NCBI RefSeq assembly: GCF_030684315.1
Contig: NC_081370.1
Location: forward strand, 25,547,078 to 25,611,077
DNA: 64,000 bases
Direction: 5' to 3'
From: Stegostoma tigrinum
Lineage: Eukaryota
The notes beneath the pieces are model-generated. The model was not told the DNA's origin and did no database searches. It worked only from the letters and a program-made list of their open reading frames with translations. Below are positions 1 to 13,701 of the stretch, piece after piece. The translations under genes and the position numbers were made by a program. Numbering within the stretch: the first letter of the stretch is position 1; each line of letters starts with the position of its first letter.

Positions 1-79
1 TGCCAGATTTAAATCAAGTCCCATTCAACTGTGCTTACTGATCGATACTGGTTCCTAGACTTATAAACTCTGATTAATT

Positions 80-420
80 CTCACTTTTGTTTTCAGATTC
101 ATTCAAGACCTCATCCCTCCGTATCTCTTCAACATTCTTTGGTTCTACAATCAAAACATTCTTCCATTTCTCATCACTTATCCATTCCCAAATTTCTTCT
201 TTTCACCATGGCTGCCCAGACCGTTAAGATCTAGAATTCCCTCTCTAAACTCCATGCGCCTCTTTTAAAATGATCTTGTAAACTTACATCTTTAACCAAG
301 TTTTTGGTCATCTGTTTCTTTATGTAGCACAGTATCAAATTTTATTTGATAATCTCTTTTGCAAAGTTCTATGAAACATTGATGATGTTAAAGATACAAT
401 ATAAATGCAATCATTGTAGT
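80..420 (+). mobile_element. Degenerate L2-type LINE 3' end
   Basis: tctagaattccctctctaaac...tctttaaccaagtttttggtcatctg...gttaaagatacaatataaatgcaa resembles the recalled fish/shark L2 3' tail. Confidence 0.55.
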
Positions 421-635
421 CATCAGAAAACAAACCACTGCCATATTTCCCAAAATGACTGGACTTTGTGCAGTGCAGCTCCACTGTTTCAATTATGTAA
501 ATTTGCTTTGCTGTGTTTAGGTTTTAACTGTCCTTAAGTGTTTTGCTGCATTGATTCACATAAATTCATAATCTGAAAGAAATTTCAAGCAAACTAAAAT
601 AACTAAATTACCAGGAAGGAACTGTGTATGAATTA

Positions 636-878
<243 letters not shown>

Positions 879-1228
879 TCAAATATCATACAAAATTAAG
901 ACCTTTAGCCTTCAAAGGTAATGACAATATTATTCACTTAAGTAACTCTTTCTGGGGAAATTTATCCATGAGTTGCCAAATTCCCATTCACTGCAAAGGA
1001 CCAACTCATCTAGCTTCACTTCCCTTTACAGTCAAAGCCTAACAAGCAATAAGATAATTTAGATTTTGTCTATACATCTGATCACGCAATTCAGAGCGGC
1101 TAAATATGAAAAGGTGCACAATGGTATTTAGTCCGAGTTTAGTGCCTGAATACTGGGGAATACCACCCTTGAAAATGGGGTATCTCACCCGACTTTGTCC
1201 TGTCATCAAGTATTATTGGCTTTGCAGC

Positions 1229-1360
1229 AGAGATAATGGGAACTGCAGATGCTGGAGAATCAAAGATAACAAAGTGAGGGGCGGGAAGAACACAGCAGGC
1301 CAAGCAGCATCTCAGGAGCACAAAAGCTGCTGTTTTGGGCCTAGACCCTTCATCAGAAAA
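1229..1360 (-). mobile_element. Solo Neptune-type PLE terminal repeat (pLTR) with mutated hammerhead core
   Basis: Matches the 3' ends of the PLEs at 44110-44240 and 57763-57895; minus strand reads CTGATGA-agggtctaggccc-AAAAC. Confidence 0.85.
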
Positions 1361-3351
1361 GGCTTTTACAAAAACAAACTTAAACTGGAATCACTTCACA
1401 TGGAAAATAAATAAATAAATAGTCTAATTATATCCAAAAGAAAATAGCTAGTAACTGAAGGATACAAATCCAAATATCATACAGGGACCTAGGGACCTCA
1501 CAGGAGTCATGATGTTAGTTATAATCATTTCCTGAAAAACATTTACCCATCTCTCAACTACTATGAGTGATTGAAAGGCCAGCCATTATTTCTAACATCT
1601 AAGAAATGGGTCATACACATGCAACTCTCCAGACTCAACATCTCCACTGACTCATTAAATATTTGCCCTGACCCTTTATCAAAAACTGTGATGAGTTAAC
1701 TGGTTGAGACCATTTGTTCAGTTATCATCTCTGCTGGCTCTCCGCAATCTCTTGTGGCATCCTACCCATTAAAGACCCAAATCAGTACACCTTTGTAAAT
1801 CACTACTCACATTACTCTTAAGATTAAGATTACTTTTAGGAGACAGAACCTGTGCCCTTAACTCCATTTCCACTAAATTACAGGCTTCACTATCAACATT
1901 CCCTTTAAGTTGCCAGAAGTTGCACACCTGTGAATCAACATGCCAACTCATTTTTGCCATGTCCAAAAGCTGCTGCTGTGCATTGATTTCAGAAGTCTGT
2001 GTAGCAGAAAGAAAAAAAACACTAACAAAAATTAATGGTCCACTATCCTTCCAGGTCCACACGCTAGCCGATATCGTAAATTATTCCAACTGCTCCAGCA
2101 CTATCCCTTTCTTTCCCAAAAAAAGTCATCTCCTCATTTGTAAACAAAAAACAACAGTTTGATTGCTCTGTTCTTGCAACCTACAATCCACCTTTAATTG
2201 CATTTGCCTCTCATAAGATTTGACACAGGCACTGCCTTCCAAATTCCTTAGGCCAACAAACAATTGTTTCTCTTTCAGGACATTCCTTAAAATCCAACCC
2301 CTCTGAAGCAGCTTTTGGTCACCCCAAGTGTCTCATTCTTTGGCTACACTGCTGTTAAAAGTCTTGCTAACAACATTATATTAAAGCTAGCTGCTGTTGT
2401 TGTATATTTGACGTTATTTTAAGTTCCAACTTCTACTTAACCAATTCTCCATATTTATTATATAATGCACATTCATGATCGCAACGACAAAAATCAATTT
2501 ATAAGCCAAGATCTTAAGCTCACACAGTCTTGCTTCAGTGACCTTTGTTCAATGGGAGTTTATTGTGGCAGATTTTCCACACTCCCTTCTTCCCCTTGCA
2601 CACTGCCACAATCTTTTTAAATTTTTGACTGTGAGACAATCATTTGTCTTGCACTAAAGTAAGTTTTATACTTAATTCACTTCTGTTATCCATCTCATCA
2701 CAGAAGTCTTTATTACTCTTTACCTGTACACCACTCCTCCCATACCAATCCGTTCCTACTGGCTCTACACTTTAAACTATTTGTCTGATTTCACTTCTGA
2801 CGATACATGAACCAGAAAAGTTAACTACCCTACCTGTTCAGTCTTTACCTGTTTTATGTGGTTATCAATCTGTTAGAAAGGAATCAGCTTGTCCTTTTAA
2901 AAGCAGAAAGTCTATTTACACACACTCCCAACTTTGTGAAAGCTACTGTTTCCATCCTGCAAAGCACGACAATCTAGTTCTTATGAATTGAAACATTCTT
3001 TCCACGCCTCAAAAAAAACCACTATCTACATTAGTTATGGTTCCTAATGTCTGTCTTTATTGAATCACAGGCCCTTTTCCGTGCTGTAGATCTCTTTGGC
3101 CCATTGGGTCTGACCCAAACACCAACCAACTGATGCAATTCCATTTCACATCATTTGACCTGCAGCCTTGGACAACTTAGCATCATAAGTGAACATCTAA
3201 ACAATTGAATGTTGGAGGGTTTCTGCATCTACCAGGCTTAGAAACAGTGAGTTCTAAATTGCCATTACCTCTCCACAAACATGGATTTGCTATACCATTT
3301 GACCACAAATTTCATCACAAAACTATTACCTACAATTGGTCCAATTCTTAC

Positions 3352-3461
3352 CATTCCCTGGTTGCAACTATCTTGGCTCCATTTTTCTCCGATGAATAAC
3401 GATTACAAGGCAAGAGTTCAAATCCACTTTCCGCTGCAAACATTCTCAGATAAATGAAAAC
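3352..3461 (-). CDS. KMT5B: KMT5B coding exon ([37 protein letters not shown])
   Basis: Not in the ORF track, translated by hand; 110 bp, ggcag|G acceptor, TG|gtaag donor; phase joins 5773 (phase 0) to 867 (phase 2). Confidence 0.97.
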
Positions 3462-3635
3462 CTGCCCAAAATATATTAAAACACTTTGTAGGTATAATTC
3501 TTAACATGTCTATTGTAATCTTAAACAGTTGAGCTTGAGGAATAAAGTTGTATTAAATAAACTTCCTATAAAATAGATTCAAATGTTGGTTTGCTGGATT
3601 ACTGAACCATAACCTAGCACTTCAGTGAACTTGTT

Positions 3636-3722
3636 ACAGAGGTAGTAGGAACTGCCAATGCTGGAAAATCTGAGATAACAAGGTGTAGAACTGGATGAAC
3701 ACAGCAGGCTAAGCACCTTGTT
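3636..3722 (-). mobile_element. Short PLE pLTR-derived insertion with 17-bp TSD
   Basis: TSD acttcagtgaa(c/t)ttgtt at 3619-3635 and 3723-3739; pLTR tail plus a short inverted piece caccttgtta. Confidence 0.85.
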
Positions 3723-5772
3723 ACTTCAGTGAATTTGTTGACTTTTAATGTGGTCTAATAATTTATTTTTCCACAGGGAATTGACCACATCATTATTTTC
3801 TCTAATTGAATGAAAAAAAACTGGTCTGATTTTCTTAAAAGATGTGCGTGTCATGCGGTGGAACAGTGAACATGTGAATTACGGTAACTAATCCCACCCT
3901 GCAGTTACTTTCATTGTGCAGGTGCTCATATTTAGATACCTAGAGTAAATAACCAATTAAGACTCTTTTAGTACATCATGCTCATGGTTAAATAACGCAA
4001 TATAGTGCTCTTCATTGATTGGACTATATAGGGAATTTACAGGCACTTATCTCTTGCAATCTTCCACTCAAAATATTCAGTGGGTTGTGGAACCACTGGC
4101 TTAGCCAACGTTTGTTATTTAAGACTTGTAACCATTGAACCTAATAGTTTTCAGCCATTTCATTGGGCAGTTCAGTCAACCACATGACCAGGGGTCTGCA
4201 GTCACATCTGCACCATGTTTCTTTGCCCAAAAATTTAAAAAAAAGTGGCGAATGAGAGTTTAAAAATACATGATAGGTGGTCTGGTCAACATTAACATTA
4301 GCTCTTATATTCCAGAACTATTCACTGAATTTAAATTTCTAGGGGTCACGGTGAGATTTGAAACTCTGTCCCCACTACAACAGCCTAAGGCCCAGGATTA
4401 CTCGTCCAGCAACATTTATATTGTGCCACTCTCTCTTCCATAAAATTAATTGCAAATGGTAAGAATTGCAGAAAGCTATGTCAGGAAACACAACAAATCC
4501 AGCTGGGTCATTTAGGGACAAGATAAGATTTCACTGGAGTTATAAAAACTATTTTGTAAGGGTATAAGCACACAATTTTAAGATTGATTTTAAGACTGCA
4601 CCTTCTTTAAAGTAGTCTTGAATAAACCATGTGCACAGCTTGAAGAGGTAACAAAATTATTTGACCTACAAGCGAGATTATTTGCAACTGCAAGCGTACA
4701 TATAGGCAATCCATCCCTTAAAGTTTTGACTCAGACTGCATGTATACAAACGTTCATGGCAGTTGGTCAACGTAACTGATGCAAAACAAAGCTTTAAGTC
4801 AGCTCAGCTTGCACAAATATTTTCCTTTTCAATAGAATCAATGATTAGAGTACAGAAGGAAGCCATTCCACCTATCACTTGCAAGACAGCTCTTGCAAGA
4901 GCAACTTAGCTTATCCCACACCCGTCTTATTTCCCCAGTGACCTGCAGTTTTATTCTCCTCTACCTATTAATCATTTCCCTCTTCAAAGTCACAAGTGAA
5001 TCCGCTTCCACTACACACAGATCCTAAACATTCAATTCTCAATTTTTTGACTAATGGGAAAAGTTTCTGTCCAAATTAATTTTAACACCTTGAACAAATT
5101 TCCTCTCAGCCTTTGCTTTTCCAAGGATGGCAGATCTGGCTAAACTAATCTATCCACACAACTGAAATAGTGTATCTCCAGAACTACTACTGTAAACTGC
5201 TTTTCAAACAAACAATGTCCTCCAATATTTTCATGTTCTTTGGTAATGTATGATGCGCATATCTGGATACAATATTGGGGATAAATCAGTGTTTCACAGA
5301 GATTCACCAGAGTTTCCTTCTGAACACCACACCTTAATTTCTAAGCATCAACAGTTCCTATATGCCTTATATACTCTCATACTCGTCCAAATCCTGTCCT
5401 AAAATATAGAAATATAGGCCCCATCTACCAGAAGGAGCTAGAGTAAATAAGGTCAGATGGAAAATGCAGAACAGCAGGCTATACGATCATAGAACATTTT
5501 ATTATTCCAATAGCAAAACAAAAAAAGCACACAAATTTTACACAGATTTCCAAAACTATCCTTGTGGAATTGAACAGGAGGTTTATACTCAAGATGCAGA
5601 AAAGCTTGAAAGGTTTGGAATGCTTTCATACTTCATATGTTTGTTAAATTTGATCAAAATAATGCTTTGGAGAGTTGGAGCACTTGGTTTGAATCACTTA
5701 GACCCTCAAGTATACACTGAGCTCTCCTAGAAAATGTTTCACAGTTAAAAAACAAAAAAAAGCACCACGTAC

Positions 5773-5938
5773 ATGCTCCTTAAACAACTTTTCCTGAATT
5801 TTGTTTTTGTTGAGGAAATAGTGTCGCGCCCATTCTCCTGTTGTTAATGCTTTGAAGGCTTTTTCCAAATTCTCCTTCTTCTTGAAATCTTCTATTACTT
5901 CCTTGAGGTCTTCCTGTCTTCCTTTTATGGGTCGAAAT
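5773..5938 (-). CDS. KMT5B: KMT5B coding exon ([56 protein letters not shown])
   Basis: 166 bp; tttttaag|A acceptor, CAT|gtacgt donor; SUV420H1 peptide. Confidence 0.97.
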
Positions 5939-6071
5939 CTTAAAAACAAAAAAGATGTTGCACAATAAATTCTATGCCCAATATAATTTTGTACACAACA
6001 GCAACAATATACTAATTAAAAACCTCCTGAAAGATATTAAGATCAACTGGTTCATATGTGCTGTGAACTGA

Positions 6072-6180
6072 TCTTGTGGTGCAGTGATAGTGTCCCTACC
6101 TCTGAGCCAGGGACCCAGGTTCAAGTTCCACTTGCTCCAGAGATATGTAATAACATCACTGAACAAGTAGATTTGAGAAC
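6072..6180 (+). mobile_element. Short tRNA-derived SINE (same family as the tandem copies at 53.3-53.7 kb)
   Basis: A-box-like tggtgcagtgat and B-box-like ggttcaagt; reverse complement matches the 53288-53680 units. Confidence 0.7.
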
Positions 6181-6379
6181 AGATACACAAAAGTGCTGGA
6201 TCACTTTGTACTGTATACAATCTTAAAAATTTAGTTCAAGGTAGACTTCAACATAAAAACAAACATTGATCTGAGGATTAGGGCAGAAGGATGAAGGGAA
6301 TTGAGAAGGCACCGGCCACAACATTCCAATTTCCTTAGAAGGGCAGAGTGTCAGAGGAATAAAGAATTCTACAATTTTA

Positions 6380-7450
6380 TACTTTCCTTCAAGAGAATTG
6401 CCCAAGTTGAAAAACAGCTGGCCAGGCAATTTAGACAATCAAAAGAAGTCCCAAAATGAAAACAATCTTCACTTGGAAAAATCCAGATTAAGGAATGACA
6501 GCATGGATTTGTTAAAAGATGAATCATATTTAACTGACTTGATTGAGTTTTTTGAATTAACAAAGAGGGGTATGCAGCTGATGCTGTGGACATGGAATTC
6601 CAAAACATTGACGATGAAGTGCCACATTTGTCAGCCAAGTTGAAACTAAATTCATATCCAGACTCCCACTGTCAAAGTGACAGGAAACCGTGTGGAGAGA
6701 GAAAATATTTAGTAGAGATTGCTGGGAGTTTATGTTAGGACTGTTTCTTTTGACATACAGAGACCAACAGGCGTGCAGGGCGTAATTTCAAAATTTACAG
6801 ATGACATCTGGAAATATTGTGTACAGAGGTGAATAGCAATAAACCACGCAAGGAAATAAGACAGGCTAGTGGAATGAGAGAGGAGACTAACTAAACTTGA
6901 TGCAAGTGCTTCATTTTCGTAGGAAGAATTAGGCAGCAACATGAAACAAATAAAATGCAATTCTCAAGGAAACATGCATAAAGCACAAAAGGCAGCAGGA
7001 CATACTGGGAAAGCAGTTTAGAAGGGACAGAGAGTGCAAATATTGAAAATAACTAAGTTGGAGCATCAAATTTAGGCTGGATATGAAAACTTTAAATGGT
7101 TGCTCGGATGAGCATCCAGTGGGGTCATTCTCTGTATAGAAAAGGAGTGAGCATGGCAGCGTTCAAGGTCAGCATGGAGCTAAACCTCGCAGATGGAGTG
7201 AAAAGATACCATTGGCAAAATATGCCTAAAAACACAAGTGACTGTCAGCAGTGACAAGGAAAACAGTTTTCACACAGTAAGTGGTTAGGATATGGATTGC
7301 ACAGGAGGTGATGAGATCAGATTTGAGTGAGGGCTTCAAGAGTGAATTGGATAATTACCTGTAGGCCTATGTGGAAAAATGTGGGGGAATGAGCCAGATT
7401 AAGTCAACTTGAAAGAGGGACACCACAGATCAAGTGGCCTTCTTCTGTAT
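6380..7450 (+). mobile_element. Degenerate CR1 LINE RT and 3' fragment
   Basis: SYLTDLIEFFE motif in ORF 6398-6643; aaatttacagatgac (KFxDD relic); similar to 35.7-38.5 kb. Confidence 0.75.
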
Positions 7451-8856
7451 TACAATCATCGTTTCACTCGAATCATACTATAACAATGGTCATGGGCTGA
7501 AGTTAAAATAGTCTAATTAAAAAGATGACACATAAAATTTGAAATAAAGATTTTAAGAAGTCTGTTCTAGCATTCATAATGTGAAACTTGATAGTTAAAT
7601 TTTAAAATTAATGCAATAATCCTCTAAGCTGCATGGCCACAAACCCAAAAGTTGCCACACAATTTGTTCCCGAGCAGGCCCTGCTATTTAAAATGTGCAC
7701 GCAGGGCCATTCTACAAGTTTAAAAGGGTCTGAAATTTACAAAAAAATACTTAGTGTCTTCTGATCAGGTGTGGCTAGAAACCTCAGTGACCTCAATTAG
7801 CTTGTTGTTTAAAATCTTCCATATTCAAATAAATACAAAATCATGCAACCAAATCACAATTTAGCCCTTTCAGCCAGGTATAATGCTGATTCATCAGAAT
7901 TAAACAACCCCTACAAGCCAACAGATCATTCTTGAGTTGCAGTACCTAGACTGAATTGAGCGCACTGGAATCTAACTAGAGATGTACCTAAATAAATCAT
8001 AATATCCAGCCTTGAATTACAAATAGCCATACAGTCACCAAAATGCCAAACTATTGTTTGATGGCATTCAGTACAAAAATGAGACAAAACAGATGCCTGA
8101 TCATAAGCATTCAGTGCACAGCCCATCAAGATTCTGCTTCTGAACTTCCCCTGCAATAAACTGGCTGGGATGCAAAAAGTGGTCCAAATGATGACAGACT
8201 CAGAACTGATCTTGGCATTAACATAAAAAAAGGTTTCTGCAAACAGAGTGAGAGTTAAGAAATAACTGAGTCCAAAATCTTCAATTGAAAATGTGAGAAA
8301 TAGCACAAGAAAATAGCTGAGGCAGGGTCATCACCCACTTTCATGCTTAATTCCACTAATACCTTGACAAGTTCCTTTTGAGGGTATGTCACAGAGGTAG
8401 GTCCCGACGATAGTTTCAGAAAGACTAACTAAACATTGTTTCACCAGGGTGATAATTAACTATTTAGTGATTTCTGTGTATGAAATTTCCTTCTCTTCTT
8501 CACTAATAGGATTAGTTCGTGGTAGGTGGCAGTGCCACCAGTGACTGTCCTTAGTACCATCCCTAAGTGGCCATTCTCAACACTGACATAACTTGAGTCA
8601 AGCAGATTTTACTTTTAACAGGATGACCAACATCGGTTAATTCTCTTCTCCACATGGGGTTTCAAAGCAATTTTCTAGAAACTGGGACCATACATTCTGC
8701 ATAGATCAGTTTCCTCCAAATGTCAGATCAAAAGAAGTTGTATCATGCAAAATTTATCCACTTCCATATCTCATTCGCATTAGAATTATAAAGTCACTGA
8801 AAGCCATGGACAAAGCCTAACAGTGAGTCTAGACAATTATTAAAAGGCTTTGCATT

Positions 8857-9200
8857 GGGTGGCACTGTGGCGCAGTCGTTAACACTGCTGCCTCACAGCA
8901 TCAGGGATCTGGGTTCAATTCCATCCTCTAGTGACTGTCTGTGCAGAGTGTGCACATTCTTACTGTGACCGCACGGGTTTCCTCTGGGTACTTACTTCAG
9001 TGTCCCTCCACAGTCCAAAGACACGTAGGTTAGGTGGACTGGCCATGCTAAACTGTCTATACATGGGACATACAGGTTGGGTGAATCTGCCATAGGAAGT
9101 GCACGGATAGAGGAATATGGCATGGCAGAGGTGTGTGGCTGGGTGGGATGCTCTTCAGACGGATGGCCTGCTCCCTACTGCAGCGATTCCATTATGTTTT
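8857..9200 (+). mobile_element. HE1-type V-SINE (tRNA head, V domain, CR1-derived tail)
   Basis: gggtggcactgtggcgcagt...gggttcaattcc head; tgcacattct...ccacagtccaaagac V-domain; related copies at 28.4 and 48.0 kb. Confidence 0.8.
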
Positions 9201-10250
9201 CTGTTCTAGATTGCCATTTAAATATTTGCAGATTCTACTGACAGCGGAGAAAGAATTTTTTTTGACAACAAGGCAATGCTATCTTCTTGCTTGTGTGCGA
9301 GTGTCTCATTTGAAATGCTTTCTACTTTCTGGAAGAACTAATAAATACCAGCTTTCATACTTAATTCCATTAATGTTATTTTTAAATAAACAGACTACTC
9401 CACAGAACACAGAGGCAAAATGATCAGGTTGGCACTGCACGAACAGAAGCAAATCTTTCAGCCAAAGCACTCAAGTGAGCTGGCTGCATTTTCATATACC
9501 ATCAGTTTTTCCCCACATCCATCTCAATACAGGAGTTGCAATGCCACATACAAGAGTTAACAAGGATTCTCATTCAGTTGTTTAATCTCTAATGGGAGCA
9601 CAATCAGCACACCGAAAATAAAGAACTCACCAGGCAAGAAAACACCATAGTGCTTTCTTTCTGTCACAATGACATACATTGCAATAACAGCTTTGACTTA
9701 CCGTTTGTTTTACTTATCTGATGACCCCAGGTATTCTTTTTGTAAATTATCACCAGCGAACCTTCGTTGTTGTGGGACACTGCATATTAAGTTTGTCCCA
9801 ATTTGAGCAAAATCAGACACATTTTAATTTGAATATTTTCTTCACAAGTTTTTAAGAATTAAATTTGTGATCTCATCATCTTTTACCCCAAAATGATAGA
9901 AGTTTTCTACCTGTTCAATCCTGTTGAATATTCGTTGACATGTTTGATGGATACGAGCCTTAACTTATTTTTTCAAAAACACTGGGAAGAAAATAGTCAA
10001 ATCTGTTTCACTTATAGTATAGATGGAATATTTTGCTACCCATCATTTTCAACAATTGACATAAAGAAAAATTACCAGAACAAAAAAAAAACAAACAAAA
10101 AAGTGGGCTAGGTACTTAACAGGTACCTTTCAATTGTTTAAATTTGTAAAAAAGCTTGGCTTTTAAAACAATAAAGAGGAGGGGGAAAATGACTTTGATT
10201 TTGGAAGAGGACTGAACCTACATACATTTTAAGTCATACAGCCCTATACA

Positions 10251-10584
10251 GCACTCGCCTCCCAATTAGGAGGTCACAGGTTCGAGTCCCAGGACTGCCT
10301 GCTACTTGAATCCCCCTACCTCAAATCGGGTCAGTTTGGTCAGTTCTTGGCAAGGCTGCAAGAGCGTCGCGCAGAAGCGAGGCGTTCCATCTCGGGGGAG
10401 GTAGGAGGAACTGACATCGTCAGGCTCACCCCATTTCAGTCACACCTGCCTGCCAAACACGGAGCGTTATTGATGGCGGTCATCGAGAGGTCCGCGGCCC
10501 AAACCATCCCACCCTCCTGGTTGGAGGAGGATGTGAGGTGGTGAGCAACCTACAACAGGAGAAAAATGGGAGAAAAAAAAAAAA
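10251..10584 (+). mobile_element. CpG-rich tRNA-derived SINE-like element with A tail, antisense to KMT5B
   Basis: Hairpin cctcc-caatta-ggagg, B box GGTTCGAGTCC (10279-10289), A-rich tail 10573-10584; single copy in the window. Confidence 0.7.
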
Positions 10585-10685
10585 TAATTTGTGTCGCATC
10601 CACAAATAGATTACAATTTACCGCTAATGCATTGGCAATCTATTCAGATTTGAAAACTGGAGTGGATGATACTTGCCTGACATAC

Positions 10686-10830
10686 CTGGTGTTCATTTTG
10701 TGTGTCTGGAAACCCAGGTAGGGATCAAGGACTAAGCTTGTTGCTAGATCATCATTTTCACACAGCTCTTTGGCTGTCATTCCAGTGGAAGGTACGTATC
10801 GAGAGCCTTGACCCTCAAAACCCATCATGC
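10686..10830 (-). CDS. KMT5B: KMT5B coding exon ([47 protein letters not shown])
   Basis: 145 bp; tttttag|G acceptor, AG|gtatg donor; SUV420 N-terminal motif [13 protein letters not shown]. Confidence 0.97.
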
Positions 10831-11589
10831 CTAAAAAGAGACACATTTTATGTTGGTTGTGCCTTAATTGGCATTTAGATCAAAAAAGGAACCAGCATTT
10901 GTATAGCATTTGGTGACCTGCAGGCGTTCCAAAGTGCTTCACAAAAGTATTTTTGAATGAAAAACACTTGGAATCATCTCAAATCCTAACTATCCAGTTC
11001 AATTTGCCACTGAAACATGTTGCAACAAAAAATCCTTATCCAGCAAGCAAGTATATTTCTTCATGTTCACATTCAACACTTCCACCTTCAATATCACTCC
11101 TTGAATCAGCCTTCAAGTAGATGACATGTAAATAAGTTGGACTAAAAAAGGTGCTCCAAATGATACAATGATCCATTAAAGTCAAATGGACCAGGAGGCC
11201 TGGGTTTAGACCCCACCTGCTCAGAAGTGTGGACTATCAGCCTGATTAGGAAAACAAAAAGAGAGAGTTTCCATTTGACTATCAAGTCAAGAATCAAATC
11301 ACACGTGTTTAAGTGATAACTGTCATTCATCTCTGTCTTAAATTATTTAGTCCCACATAATGTCAATCTTCTAAACGTTTAGATCGTTAACATAGATTTA
11401 CCCGAAGTTATAGAAAGGACAAGTAGTTTCATAAAATGAATGATACATCTACAAAAGGTCAACTATCATACAGATTGCGCCTAAAACTTCACTGCTTCAA
11501 AATTAAAAAACAAAAAAAACTATGCTTCCAAGTTCAAAACAGTACTGGCCAATAAACACTAGATTAAAAATCTCAGATTGCAACCGCTC

Positions 11590-13250
11590 TATCACCAATG
11601 TCACTGGCTAAGCCAGCATATGCTGCTCAATGAAAATTGCCTTTCAAAAGGTGGTTGTGGTTGAACTGCTGCTGGTCATTCTATTTTGCTGTTTTTAGGA
11701 ACTGAGCTCCAGAACTTTTGAGCAACACGTTAAGCAGCAGCATTATAGTTTAAAAGCAGGATGTTGTATCTTTGAAGGCAATATGCAACAAGTGATAGTC
11801 CACGTTTGCCAATTTTGGCCACTTCAGTGGCCAAAGTTCTGAACTTAGAAGACAATTTTGAAGCTGCTTTGGAGAACTGTTACTATGTATTTTGTATATA
11901 CAGCACACACTGCTGCCATCGAGAGTTGGTTATGGAGGAACTGAAGGTTTAAGTTGTCAGATAGTACATTTGATCACATCCTATGTCTTTGATACTGTCA
12001 AGTTGAAATCACCGATCTGAACAAGTGGAGAGAATTCCATTATACTGTACCTTTGCCACAGTGAACAGGCTTTGGGGAAAATCAGAAGACATTATTCATC
12101 TCTATGTTTTCATTGACTAGGTCATGTAGCCAGAGTTTTTACTGGGCAGTCCAGTTCAGTTTACCTTCTAACAGTACCCCCCCCCCGCCCAACAACGATA
12201 ATGCAAAGTTTTCACTCAATGCTGCTGACCCCAATTTTGCACAGGATCCCTAATTCCAATGTTAAACAGGCAGTCACTCATCTTGTGTGTCCATGTTTGG
12301 ACCAAGGCTGTAATGACATCTGAAGCACAGTAACCTCGGGGAATCTCAAAGTGAGGTTTCTGTTGACCAAGTACTGCTCGATAGTTCTGTTGCTGACATC
12401 ATCCATCACTTTTCTGATGATCATGTGCACGACTCAGGGGGTGGTAGCTGACAGATTTTGTGGAAGGCAATACTTGGGCAATTTACATATTGTTGGGTAG
12501 ATGCTAAATGTTGTAGATATACTGGGACAGCTTGGCAAGAGATCTGAAAGACAAGTCTTTAGTCTAATTCAGGATGCCAGCCATGGTCTTTCAAATATTC
12601 AGGGCCGCCTGTTGATTCTTGATATCACAGCAAATCAAATTATTGGTGACGATGGGCAACTCAGGAAGACCCCAAAGTAGATCATCCACTCTGCATTCCA
12701 GCCTCAATAATGACTGAAAATGCTTCAGCATAGTCTTGTGTTATGTTTCCCATCAGTGGGAACAAAGTCTTTGGGTCACCTCCTTCAACCAGCGTTTTCA
12801 CTGTCCACTAGTCACAACTGGATGCGAAAGAACTCAGTTTTGATCCGATCCATTAGCTGTGACATTACTTAGCTGTCTGTCACATGTCGCTGCTGATGTT
12901 TGTTATACAAACAAACAGTCCTTTGTTGCTGCTTCACCAGTTGATACCTCAATTATGTTATGCCTTATGCTGCTCCCGGCAATGACTTACTGCACTGTTC
13001 ATTCAAGCACAGTTGTCCCTAGGTTTGATGGCAAAAGTAAAGCATGGAATGCAGAGCCAGGCAATAAGATTACAGTTGAATAATTCTCCTGCTGCTGATG
13101 GTCCACAGCACCTAATGAACGCTCAGTTTTGATATGTTAGTTGTGTTTTGAATCCATTTTATTTACCATGTTGGCAATGGCACACATTGGAGGCTATGCT
13201 CTGTGAGAAGATGGGCATTTTTTTTTTCTTCAAAGACTGCAGACATGACT
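11590..13250 (-). mobile_element. Highly degenerate CR1/L2-group LINE (family of 44.8-45.9 kb)
   Basis: Shares the 3' region (cactggctaagccagcat, ttgaactgctgc) with 44830-45940. Confidence 0.5.
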
Positions 13251-13541
13251 CCTAGCTCAATTGTCATTGACAGTGGTCAAGCTAGACACATTGTATAAAT
13301 GGGTGATGACAGTCTAGCAGTGGCTAGTTATGCTTGTAAAAACCACTTTATCTTACAGGGGAAGCCAAAATTTTGTATGGTCAACTGCCTTAAAAAAAAT
13401 CACAGCTCTGAAGAACTTGCAAGTCTTTCATCACTAATTCAAACTCTAAATTGCAGTCAAAGTATGAACACATTATTACAACTGACTGCTTTGGTTTTGT
13501 TAAATTCCTAAACTAGACACAAAAAAAATTAAGTCACTTAC

Positions 13542-13701
13542 GAGTGGTACGTTTTCCAAGTGCGACTCTTGTGTTGGCCCTTGAATTTCCCTTTCCAGAG
13601 CACTGTAGTTTGGTTTGACTCTGATGTTCATTGGACAACTTTCCTGCATTTTTCCTGCTGCCATTTACAAACATATTCCTGGTTTCTCCCAACCACTTCA
13701 T
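13542..13701 (-). CDS. KMT5B: KMT5B first coding exon ([53 protein letters not shown]); exon extends into the 5'UTR to about 13784
   Basis: Not in the ORF track; ATG at 13701, 160 coding bp, donor C|gtaagt, acceptor ttttaacag at 13785; N-terminus MKWLGE matches human KMT5B. Confidence 0.95.

Noticed and set aside
10251-10300. tRNA gene
   Set aside because: Only an anticodon-like hairpin and B box are present; no acceptor or D stem, so it is a SINE head. The same applies to the HE1 heads
10347-10544. 65-aa plus-strand ORF
   Set aside because: Non-ATG start inside a SINE-like element; no homology
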